Positions 8,686 through 16,343 of a stretch of 64,000 nucleotides of DNA are shown here, piece after piece. The translations under genes were made by a program, and so were the position numbers. Position 1 is the first letter of the stretch. Each line of letters starts with the position of its first letter. The stretch comes from an uncultured Pseudomonadota bacterium. Lineage in GTDB: Bacteria; Babelota; Babeliae; Babelales; Vermiphilaceae. The notes under the pieces are model-generated. The model had not been told where the DNA came from, searched no databases, and worked only from the letters and a program-made list of their open reading frames with translations. The stretch is taken from NCBI GenBank assembly GCA_964392765.1, contig CAYMRF010000001.1:3744-67743 (forward strand), in the 5' to 3' direction.

Positions 8686-9366
8686 TTAAAAAAGATGTAA
8701 TAGTGCCGCGATGAAATAACCTACCTTTTGAATCAGAGTAAGCACTATCATAAAGAAGATGCCGCCCAAAAGGTAAAATAAAAGAACTTGAATAATGAGC
8801 ATGATAAGACTGGTGTATCCCAAATATTCAGGATTTTTCTCAGCCCAAATCATAACGCCCAAGCCGCACATATTGGCAATAAAAGAAACTACCGCCAAAA
8901 TTGCATTGATAAAAAGCACATATATCAAAATAGTGCCAATTGAGATCATATAGGAAGATGCTTGAGGAGCTGCATCAACCAGAGAGACTGCAAAATTAAC
9001 TCCCTGAGTGCCAAACAAAGCAATCAAGCTGATGAGTGCAAAAATCCCAAGAACGCAATGCGCAAATGTTTTGGAAAGGAACGCAATCAAAACCTTAACC
9101 ACTCTAAATCTATCTTGGATGTTAAAGGGATTCATGGGAATAAATCTGCTCCATCCAAATTTATACAGCATTAAAAAAAAGGTACCCAGAAAATCAATGT
9201 GCGCCATCGGATTAAGCGTTAAGAAGCCTGCTTGCTCGGGAGTATCGTCTCCCATTTGCAACGCGGTCCATGCCGCAAAGAATCCGGCTAATGTAACTGA
9301 AATAGCATACGCAATAAGTACTGAAATCACACCGATGAGTGTTTGGGCAATTTGAACATTTAACAT
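8686..9366 (-). CDS. M50 (site-2 protease) family membrane protein homolog lacking the HExxH motif
   Basis: Multi-pass membrane protein. GDDTPEQAGFLTLNPMAHIDFLGT...FIPMNPFN matches the small M50/COG1994 signature GD.TA..GRLTLNP..H.DP.GT...PVPVNP. The expected TLHEFAHAW position reads TLAGFFAAW. Start set to the second Met (9366) because the first 8 codons lie in a repeat module. Confidence 0.6.
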   Translation of the reverse strand: MLNVQIAQTLIGVISVLIAYAISVTLAGFFAAWTALQMGDDTPEQAGFLTLNPMAHIDFLGTFFLMLYKFGWSRFIPMNPFNIQDRFRVVKVLIAFLSKTFAHCVLGIFALISLIALFGTQGVNFAVSLVDAAPQASSYMISIGTILIYVLFINAILAVVSFIANMCGLGVMIWAEKNPEYLGYTSLIMLIIQVLLFYLLGGIFFMIVLTLIQKVGYFIAALLHLF

Positions 9367-9372
9367 GAAAAA

Positions 9373-9421
9373 CCTCTCGATTCCGTTCATGGTGAGTGGC
9401 GCCCCCTGGCGCTGTATCGAA
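9373..9421. repeat. GC-rich repeat, module B-like
   Basis: CCGTTCATGGTGAGTGGC...GTATCGAACC resembles GGCCGTTCGTGGTGAG...TCGAA..CATAC at 29285 and the reverse complement of 14833..14863. Confidence 0.6.
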
Positions 9422-9532
9422 CCAAAATCAGTGTAAGCGAAATGCTCTTTGGGGTCAAATTAAGGGCTTTTTTTGACCGTATGCGCTAATCAGGCTAGAA
9501 TAGAACCTATTATTAGAACAGATTTTATAACA

Positions 9533-9624
9533 ACCTCTCCATTCGGCTCCTTCGGAGCCTCCATCGAGGCGAACGGGGGGAGGGGTTCGTTCGTTTCGAG
9601 CGAGCGTATGCGAGTCGAGAAATT
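9533..9624. repeat. GC-rich repeat: half module A followed by module D
   Basis: CTCTCCATTCGGCTCCTTCGGAGCCTCCATCGAGGCGAACGG, then CGTTCGTTTCGAGCG...AGTCGAGAAAT. The second part is the reverse complement of ATTTCTCGACT...GCTCGAAACGAACGG found in mnmE. Confidence 0.8.
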
Positions 9625-9672
9625 TTCACAAAAGAGAACCTCGAAAAATTAACCTATCGAGAATTAAAATTC

Positions 9673-12219
9673 ATGGATAAGCAATATAATCATCAAGTTG
9701 CTGAGCAAGAAGCGCAGCAAAAATGGCATAGAGAAAAAACCTACAGCATGGCCAATAATCCTGGCCCGATCTTTAGTATCGACACACCACCTCCTACCGT
9801 TTCAGGAAACTTGCATATCGGGCATATTTTTTCTTATACCCAAACCGATATCATTGCTCGCTATGCGCGCATGAGCGGCAGCAGCGTTTTCTATCCCTTT
9901 GGCTTTGATGATAATGGCTTGCCCACTGAACGCTATGTAGAAAAGAAACTCGATATTCGCGCACACGCAATGTCTCGCTCAGAATTTATTAATGTATGCC
10001 TTAAAGAAACGCATGCGGTTGAAGAACAGTTCCAGCAACTCTGGCAGCGCATGGGCCTCTCTGTAGACTGGGCTCATTGCTATTCAACTATCTCTGAATC
10101 TACTCGAAAAATTTCTCAAGAATCATTCGTTCGCTTGCTGCAAAAAGGATTCGTATATCGCAAAAATGAACCGGCGCTCTTTTGCACCACCTGCCGCACC
10201 TCCGTTGCTCAAGCAGAATTGGATGACATGGAAAAATCATCATTCTTTAATGATGTGATCTTTAAAGATGAAAAGGGCAACGATCTTTTAATTGGCACCA
10301 CGCGCCCTGAATTACTGCCTTCGGTAAACGGACTGCTCTTTATTCCCAATGATCCACGTTATCAACTCCTTGCAGGCACCTTTGCAACGGTACCTCTCTT
10401 TAATCAAAAAGTACCCGTTTTGGCCGATGATAAAGTGCTCATTGATAAAGGAACCGGTTTGGCAATGACCAGTACCTTTGGGGATACTACTGATATTGAA
10501 TGGTTTAAGAAACACAAATTAGAATATCGTCCCATGATTGGCCTTGATGGCAAAATGCTGCCCGCTGCCGGAATTTTAGCAGGGCTTAATGTGCAAGCTG
10601 CCCGCACTAAAGTTATTGAGGAACTCAAAACTGCGGGACTTTTAGTAAATCAAAAGCCAATTACCCACACCGTGAACGTGCATGAACGCTGCAAAAAAGA
10701 GATTGAATATGTGATGATCCCGCAGTGGTTCTTGAATCTTATTGATCATAAAAAAGAGTTTTTGGCACTGGCCGATCGCATTAATTGGTATCCTGGACAT
10801 ATGAAATCCCGCTACATCAATTGGGTGGAAAATATTGGATGGGATTGGTGCCTTTCGCGTCAACGCTTTTATGGCATTCCATTTCCGGTATGGCATTGCA
10901 GCAAATGCAATGAGATCATCCCCGCAGAAATTAAACAACTTCCGGTAGATCCACAAGAAACCAAATATACCGGCAATTGCCCAAAATGCGGTAGCTCCGA
11001 AATCACTCCTGATACTGATGTGATGGACACCTGGAATACGTCATCACTAACTCCGTATTTGTGCTACGCGCTTTTTAATCCGCAAGCGGAATCCGTTTTC
11101 ACTGATAAAAAAGTTGCTGAATTTATTCCGATGAGCATGAGACCTCAAGCGCATGATATCATTCGCACCTGGGCATTTTACACCATCGTAAAAGCATGGA
11201 TGCATGATCATGATCTGCCATGGCATAATATCGTGATCTCAGGCCACGTGCTTGCTGACACTAAAGAAAAGTTATCAAAATCAAAAGACAATGCGCCCAA
11301 TTCTCCGCAAGGATTGCTTGAGCGTTATCCTGCCGATGTGATCCGCTACTGGACATCTTCAGGCGGATTAGGCCAAGATATTGCTTTCTCCGAAGGACAA
11401 TTAAAAATTGGCCAACGCTTGGTAACCAAAATTTGGAACGCATTTAGATTTATTCATGAACACGTTTCCACTCCGTTCGCCTCGATAGAGCGCGAAGCGC
11501 GAGTGGAGAGGTCTCCATTCGGTCCTGCGGACCTCCATCGACCCGAACGGGGAGATGGGCAACCAACAACTCCATTGGGCATCACTAATGAATGGCTCTT
11601 GGATTCTGCAACGCAAACCTTTGCGCGCTATCAAACCTATTTTAATGAAAATGAGTTTGGTCTTGCGCTGGATGTAGTAGAAAAATTCTTCTGGAACAAT
11701 TTCTGCGATAACTATTTAGAATTGATTAAAGATCAACTCTTTAAGCCTGAAAATTATACTGAAGTTGAACTTCGCGCAACGCGATGGACTCTTTACCAAA
11801 CCGGATTGCGCATTTTGCAAATGTATGCGCCCTATTTACCGCACGTTACCGAAAAGTTGTATGAATTGATCTATGCGAAGCACGTTGGTACACCAAGTAT
11901 ACACCAAACTCGCTACAGCGATATTCAACAAGGCTATACCTTTGCAGAAAGTACCAAAGTGATGGATGTTATTATTGCGCTAATTACCCAAGTGCGTCGA
12001 CTCAAAACAGAAAAACAACTTTCATTAAAAGTGCCTCTTGAAAAGCTCACGATCACGGCTGTTGATGAGCATCTATTGCACAAAGTTGAAGCTCACACGC
12101 AATTAATTCGCGGCATCACCCATGCCCAAGAATTGCACTTTAATCCGGTAAAAGAAAAAACTGATTCGCATATTGAGCAATCAGGCGAGCAATGGCTTGC
12201 AACGGTGCACTGTGATTAG
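9673..12219 (+). CDS. valS: valine--tRNA ligase (TPPPTVSG-type N-terminus), carrying an in-frame repeat insertion
   Basis: 848 aa. DTPPPTVSGNLHIGH (HIGH), KLSKSK (KMSKS), a CP1 editing region and an anticodon-binding C-terminus. Module A is inserted at about 11467..11556. Confidence 0.88.
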   Translation: MDKQYNHQVAEQEAQQKWHREKTYSMANNPGPIFSIDTPPPTVSGNLHIGHIFSYTQTDIIARYARMSGSSVFYPFGFDDNGLPTERYVEKKLDIRAHAMSRSEFINVCLKETHAVEEQFQQLWQRMGLSVDWAHCYSTISESTRKISQESFVRLLQKGFVYRKNEPALFCTTCRTSVAQAELDDMEKSSFFNDVIFKDEKGNDLLIGTTRPELLPSVNGLLFIPNDPRYQLLAGTFATVPLFNQKVPVLADDKVLIDKGTGLAMTSTFGDTTDIEWFKKHKLEYRPMIGLDGKMLPAAGILAGLNVQAARTKVIEELKTAGLLVNQKPITHTVNVHERCKKEIEYVMIPQWFLNLIDHKKEFLALADRINWYPGHMKSRYINWVENIGWDWCLSRQRFYGIPFPVWHCSKCNEIIPAEIKQLPVDPQETKYTGNCPKCGSSEITPDTDVMDTWNTSSLTPYLCYALFNPQAESVFTDKKVAEFIPMSMRPQAHDIIRTWAFYTIVKAWMHDHDLPWHNIVISGHVLADTKEKLSKSKDNAPNSPQGLLERYPADVIRYWTSSGGLGQDIAFSEGQLKIGQRLVTKIWNAFRFIHEHVSTPFASIEREARVERSPFGPADLHRPERGDGQPTTPLGITNEWLLDSATQTFARYQTYFNENEFGLALDVVEKFFWNNFCDNYLELIKDQLFKPENYTEVELRATRWTLYQTGLRILQMYAPYLPHVTEKLYELIYAKHVGTPSIHQTRYSDIQQGYTFAESTKVMDVIIALITQVRRLKTEKQLSLKVPLEKLTITAVDEHLLHKVEAHTQLIRGITHAQELHFNPVKEKTDSHIEQSGEQWLATVHCD
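11467..11556. repeat. GC-rich palindromic repeat, module A, in frame inside valS
   Basis: CCGTTCGCCTCGATAGAG-CGCGAAGCGCG-AGTGGAGAGGTCTCCATTC-GGTCCTGCGGACC-TCCATCGACCCGAACGG. The core 11473..11550 is 78 bp, i.e. 26 codons. It is translated as PFASIEREARVERSPFGPADLHRPER. Confidence 0.85.
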
Positions 12220-12661
12220 CATTCGCAATACCCAACGCAAAATAAAAGTAGATATCGCTCAGCTCAAACGCGATGCGCAAACTATCCTTGATGCGCTTGA
12301 TTATAGTGATTTTGATCTGGGCATTTGGCTAACCAGCAATACAACCATTCATAAATATAATAGAGAATATCGACATAAAGATAAACCCACCGATATTCTC
12401 TCATTCCCGTATCATACTGAGCTTAAAGCCGGCAAACGGATTAAAGTAACTTCAGAAGAAGATAAAAATTTAGGCGATCTTATTATAGCGCCCGAATACG
12501 TGATGAACGATCTGCCTAAATGGGAAACTACTTTTGAAAAACACATGCAACGATTGCTTGTGCATGGTATTTGCCATCTGCTGAACTACGATCATATTGA
12601 TGATGCTGATTATAAAGTGATGAAGAAAAAAGAGATGTCACTCTTGAAAAAGCTGAACTAA
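12212..12661 (+). CDS. ybeY: rRNA maturation endoribonuclease YbeY
   Basis: Zinc motif HGICHLLNYDH. Start uncertain: GTG at 12212 overlaps the valS stop by 8 nt, while the track ORF starts at 12173. Confidence 0.85.
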   Translation: MISIRNTQRKIKVDIAQLKRDAQTILDALDYSDFDLGIWLTSNTTIHKYNREYRHKDKPTDILSFPYHTELKAGKRIKVTSEEDKNLGDLIIAPEYVMNDLPKWETTFEKHMQRLLVHGICHLLNYDHIDDADYKVMKKKEMSLLKKLN

Positions 12662-12721
12662 AAATTTACATTCTTTATTCTAATTCTATACTATTCTAAA
12701 CTCATCCATATAGGGGACTTT

Positions 12722-13609
12722 ATGAATAGAAAGCTTATCTCAATCATAATTATATTTTCACATTTTGCCATCCTAGGCATGGAAATTGATGACGATTACG
12801 ACATAGTTTTTTTTGACGCTCCGCGATTTTCACAAAATCCAGCACGCGTTTATAACAGTGATTTATGCATGAGAGTTACTGAAAATCTTTCGAAGTATGA
12901 ACTTCCGATGGATGCGCAACTTTTTGAAAGTGAAGATATTCAAAGAAAATTTCAAAGCATTAATAATGCGCTATGGCCCCATCATCTACGGATTACCTTT
13001 TCCAAACGCGATGACATCATTACTGCTGTTTTAAATCAGGCTCAAACTTCTGCAATTAATAGTGGAGAGGAAGAACTAGTTCCTTTTCATGAAATTGCTA
13101 TTCCTCTTGGAAAAAACGTTCTAAATGAAGCATACAACAAAAAATTGATTGAAAAGCGATTGCATGAACTGCATGAACTTGCGCTTGAGTTTCAACACAA
13201 TAAAAATGGTGGTTTTGATCGAGCACTTGAAAATTATCGTCGCGGCACAACCTTCTCTACTAAAATGAAGTTTCAACTAACACATAAAATAAAACCTCAA
13301 ATAGAGCGCCAGCTTGGTGATCACATCGGTCAAACTTTAGCATTGCCTTTTCATAGAATGATAGACAAATATCTCGCATACAATCCAACTGCTCACGAGG
13401 AACATGAAATTGAGATACTTAATCAAAAACTAGAATCTCATGAGCCAATGTTTCAAAGAATTTTAAAATTAAATCAAAAACATAATGATCTCAAAAACAT
13501 AATGAAAAATGATAAGCCCGATACACACGAAATACAGTCAAATGAAGAAGATTTTATTACTCAATTTGAAAGCATTACCTCATTCTTAGCAAATTCGGAG
13601 AATTCATGA
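12722..13609 (+). CDS. hypothetical secreted protein
   Basis: Signal-like N-terminus MNRKLISIIIIFSHFAILG. 4-nt ATGA overlap with the next ORF. Confidence 0.55.
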   Translation: MNRKLISIIIIFSHFAILGMEIDDDYDIVFFDAPRFSQNPARVYNSDLCMRVTENLSKYELPMDAQLFESEDIQRKFQSINNALWPHHLRITFSKRDDIITAVLNQAQTSAINSGEEELVPFHEIAIPLGKNVLNEAYNKKLIEKRLHELHELALEFQHNKNGGFDRALENYRRGTTFSTKMKFQLTHKIKPQIERQLGDHIGQTLALPFHRMIDKYLAYNPTAHEEHEIEILNQKLESHEPMFQRILKLNQKHNDLKNIMKNDKPDTHEIQSNEEDFITQFESITSFLANSENS

Positions 13610-14196
13610 AAAAAATTTCATTACTTTTGACATTATCATTACTATTTTCACATCAAAAAGCGGCTCCCTCAGAGGGAATTACAGCAACAATAATCGGTGC
13701 AATTTGGTATCTTGCAAGCACCGCGGCTAGCACCGCAAAAAACATCGCTACCAGTGATATAGCTATTAATATATATTATGCTGCCGGCACTGGTGCTGGT
13801 GCGTATGGCGCAAAAGCTGCAATTGAGCCGTTTCTTGCCAAGTATCGCCGAGCAACTAATACAGAGAATCCCAATGAGCTTCATGCTAAAGCAGCTTTGA
13901 AAGAAAAAATGATTGATCTTGATCAAGCTGACTTTCAAGCTCAAATGGTAAAAATACAAATTTTAGCTGATTATTTACCTAAATATCAGGAAATCATGCA
14001 AAAAAGAATGCAAGCAATTAAAGAAAGTAATACAGCTGAAGACGAAAAAGAAATCCTCACCGCTCATATTGAGGCTCGCTTAAAGCAAACACAAGAAAAT
14101 CTTGAAGAAGGAAGCGCTCAAGAGTTTGAAAAACTTGTCGCTTCAACCTCCGCCCAATTTAAAGCGCATATGATCCAAAGAGCTAAAAATCGCTAG
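13606..14196 (+). CDS. hypothetical secreted or membrane protein
   Basis: Signal peptide MKKISLLLTLSLLFS, a Gly/Ala-rich hydrophobic stretch, then a coiled-coil tail. Translationally coupled to the upstream ORF. Confidence 0.5.
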   Translation: MKKISLLLTLSLLFSHQKAAPSEGITATIIGAIWYLASTAASTAKNIATSDIAINIYYAAGTGAGAYGAKAAIEPFLAKYRRATNTENPNELHAKAALKEKMIDLDQADFQAQMVKIQILADYLPKYQEIMQKRMQAIKESNTAEDEKEILTAHIEARLKQTQENLEEGSAQEFEKLVASTSAQFKAHMIQRAKNR

Positions 14197-14789
14197 GCTC
14201 GTTTTGCTAAAAATGCCAAGGCATGGCGCACCAATTGATCAAATGCAACCGAGGAATCGGGATATTTATCATTCAAATAATTCATTGCCGCAGAAATTTC
14301 TGGGCGCGAATAATTGAGTGATTTAAGCACCTGAGAAATTTCGTGCCGTTTTTCTAGCGTTGCAGATGCGCCCAGGTGAGCACCACTTTCAAGTAATTTT
14401 GCTACTTTGTGCTTGAGTTGTACAATAATCTGCTCAGCCTTTTTTTCACCAATACCACTCACATCACTGAGCGCATCAGTATTGCCCGCTTGCACGGCTT
14501 CTAAAAATGGTGCGGCACCCAGCTGCGCGAGCACTGCCATAGCTAATTTAGGACCAAGGCCTGAGCAGCTTGTGATCATAAGAAAAACACTTTTTTCAAG
14601 TGATGTAGAAAATCCGAACAATGAAGGTCCATTTTCTTGGTTCCAATGCATCTGGACTAAAAGATCTATTTTTTGACCCACGCCAAATGCTGCTTGCGGC
14701 ACTTGAATCCCATAACCAATGCCATTTACTTCAATGGTGAGTTGATTCTCATTAACTTCTTTTACGGTTCCTGAAATACTGGTAATCAT
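14193..14789 (-). CDS. ruvA: Holliday junction DNA helicase subunit RuvA
   Basis: 198 aa. N-terminus MITSISGTVKEV...IEVNGIGYGIQVP and HhH motifs (GIGEKKAEQI). Confidence 0.9.
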   Translation of the reverse strand: MITSISGTVKEVNENQLTIEVNGIGYGIQVPQAAFGVGQKIDLLVQMHWNQENGPSLFGFSTSLEKSVFLMITSCSGLGPKLAMAVLAQLGAAPFLEAVQAGNTDALSDVSGIGEKKAEQIIVQLKHKVAKLLESGAHLGASATLEKRHEISQVLKSLNYSRPEISAAMNYLNDKYPDSSVAFDQLVRHALAFLAKRA

Positions 14790-14821
14790 AGAAAATCACT
14801 TTTTTTAATATCAAAACTTTA

Positions 14822-14967
14822 CTGAGCCGCGCGTATGGTTCGACAGGCTCACCACGAGCGGCCTTACAACAGTCTTTCCGCTCGCCCTGACCCTTCGACT
14901 TCGCTCAGGAGTAAACGGCCGCCTGGCCGCCGAAGCCTTGGCGAAGGCTGGCTCGAAGGAAGCGAGC
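14822..14967. repeat. composite GC-rich repeat block (modules B, C, E1)
   Basis: GTATGGTTCGACAGGCTCACCACGAGCGGCC (B), CCTTCGACTTCGCTCAGGA (C) and CCGCCGAAGCCTTGGCGAAGGCTGG (E1). E1 differs by 1 of 25 nt from 17558..17582. Confidence 0.8.
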
Positions 14968-15070
14968 AAAAAAATTTAAGCTTCAAAGAAACTATTTAAT
15001 CTTCCAAACCACCCTACAAGAAATAGAACTAAAAAACTAGGTTATAGCCTTAAAAAGTAATGCTAATTGC

Positions 15071-15098
15071 TTGACAAAAGCCCATCACATGATACATT
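15071..15098 (+). promoter_or_regulatory. candidate sigma-70-type promoter for tRNA-Gly
   Basis: TTGACA (15071-15076), a 16 nt spacer, then TACATT (15093-15098), 23 nt upstream of the tRNA 5' end. Confidence 0.3.
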
Positions 15099-15121
15099 TG
15101 CTTTCATGTTATGAAATATAC

Positions 15122-15197
15122 GCGGGAATAGCTCAATTGGTAGAGCGTTGCCTTGCCAAGGCAAAGGTTACGGGTTCGAGTCCCGTTTCCCGCTCCA
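15122..15197 (+). tRNA. tRNA-Gly (anticodon GCC), CCA encoded
   Basis: Manual cloverleaf: acceptor GCGGGAA/TTCCCGC, D arm GCTC..GAGC, anticodon stem TTGCC/GGCAA with loop TTGCCAA, T arm ACGGG-TTCGAGT-CCCGT, discriminator T, then CCA. Confidence 0.93.
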
Positions 15198-15345
15198 GTC
15201 TTCGCCCACAAGGGGCTACGTCTGGCTGCGCCGCTGATAAGGCAGAAACAAAAACGGTTCTAGCAACATGCGAAGACTGTCCGCCGTAGCTTGCCGAGTC
15301 TGAAGACCCGGATAAGCATAGGCTGGACTAGCGGCCCACCATCTC
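15198..15345. repeat. GC-rich structured segment 3' of tRNA-Gly containing repeat module E2
   Basis: Inverted repeat AGTCTTCGC...GCGAAGACT. Then CCGCCGTAGCTTGCCGAGTCTGAAGACCCGGATAAGCATAGGC (15281..15323), which matches the reverse complement of 29385..29427 at 40 of 43 nt. Confidence 0.75.
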
Positions 15346-15489
15346 ATCTCACGTCCTTGAATTTGGCATCGATGAAAAAACATGATAAGGTCAAATAAAA
15401 AGCCCGTTCAAACATGCAAAAAATAGCCATACATCCATCATAGCGCGAGCATCAAACCATACAACCAAAAAATCAAAAGGTTCTAACGA

Positions 15490-16320
15490 ATGAAATCAAT
15501 AATGGAAGAAGCTTCAACGATATCCAAAGCGATTGAAAATGCCTGGAATCGTGCCGGTCAACCGCAAGAGTTCACCGTAAAAATTCTGGAGTTACCAAAA
15601 ACGAGCTTTTTTGGACTCAAAACTGCAAAATCTGCAAAAATTGCTCTCATTTTCAATGAAGCAACCGTTAAAGTTAAAGAACAACCGCAGCAAAAGCATG
15701 CGCGCCCATTGCCTCAACGTCAACCGCAAGATCGCAGAGATTCAAATCAACGCTCAGAAGAAAGACACGATCGCAGCCAACAAGTGCAGCGCAGACCCTT
15801 ACAACCGCGCGATCAGCAACGCGACCAACAAAGAGATCAGCAACGAGATGCTCAACGCACTGAGCGTTCCCTTGAAAGACGTCCTGAACGGCAAGATCGC
15901 CCAGAAAGAGCTGATAGACCTGAAAGACAAGATAGACCTGATCGCCGCCCACAACAAGGGCCACGCCAACCGTATCGCACTGAAGGCCAAAATCCTGAAG
16001 ACAATCGCCGCTCAGAAGAGCCACGCCGTTTTGAACAACGTCCTGCTCAAGAGCGCGATAACTGGACTCCTGAAATGGTTGAATCTGCTCAAGATTGGAT
16101 CAAAGAAACCTTGGTGCTCATGGGCAAGCCAGACATCAAAGTTACTCCCAACGTTTCTCATAACTATCTAAAAATTTATCTCGATCAACCAGTTATGGAT
16201 GATTTTAAGCAAGAAGAAACCCAACTTAAAAGCTGGGGATCCCTTGCGATGGAAGCCGTGCGTGAAAAGGCCCAAAAGCCATTGCGCAGCTTACGCATCA
16301 TCTTGGAAAGCAAGAAATAA
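15490..16320 (+). CDS. Jag/KhpB-like RNA-binding protein with a long low-complexity R/Q/D/E/P insert
   Basis: Jag_N-like N-terminus (ISKAIENAWNRAG...FTVKILELPKTSFFGLKTAKSAKI). Located immediately upstream of mnmE, the classic jag-mnmE synteny. Central RDQQRDQQRDQQRD and RPERQDRPERADRPERQDRPDR repeats. Confidence 0.65.
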   Translation: MKSIMEEASTISKAIENAWNRAGQPQEFTVKILELPKTSFFGLKTAKSAKIALIFNEATVKVKEQPQQKHARPLPQRQPQDRRDSNQRSEERHDRSQQVQRRPLQPRDQQRDQQRDQQRDAQRTERSLERRPERQDRPERADRPERQDRPDRRPQQGPRQPYRTEGQNPEDNRRSEEPRRFEQRPAQERDNWTPEMVESAQDWIKETLVLMGKPDIKVTPNVSHNYLKIYLDQPVMDDFKQEETQLKSWGSLAMEAVREKAQKPLRSLRIILESKK

Positions 16321-16343
16321 ATCTGTGCAAATGGGGGTTTTCT

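Noticed and set aside
15071-15289. 72-aa plus-strand track ORF
   Set aside because: It runs straight through tRNA-Gly (15122..15197) and the GC-rich repeat flank. It is an artefact of stop-poor structured DNA.
15276-15330. Possible SRP (4.5S) RNA helix-8-like sequence (GUCUGAAGACCCGGAUAAGCAUAGGC) or the start of a tmRNA after the tRNA
   Set aside because: There is no GNRA tetraloop closed by complementary stems. The same 43 nt recur reverse-complemented at 29385..29427 inside a repeat hotspot, so this is a repeat module rather than a unique ncRNA gene.
15611-16171. 186-aa alternative-frame ORF and antisense ORFs within the jag-like gene
   Set aside because: They are generated by the low-complexity codon repeats. 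The frame with the Jag_N and KH-like ends is the coherent one.
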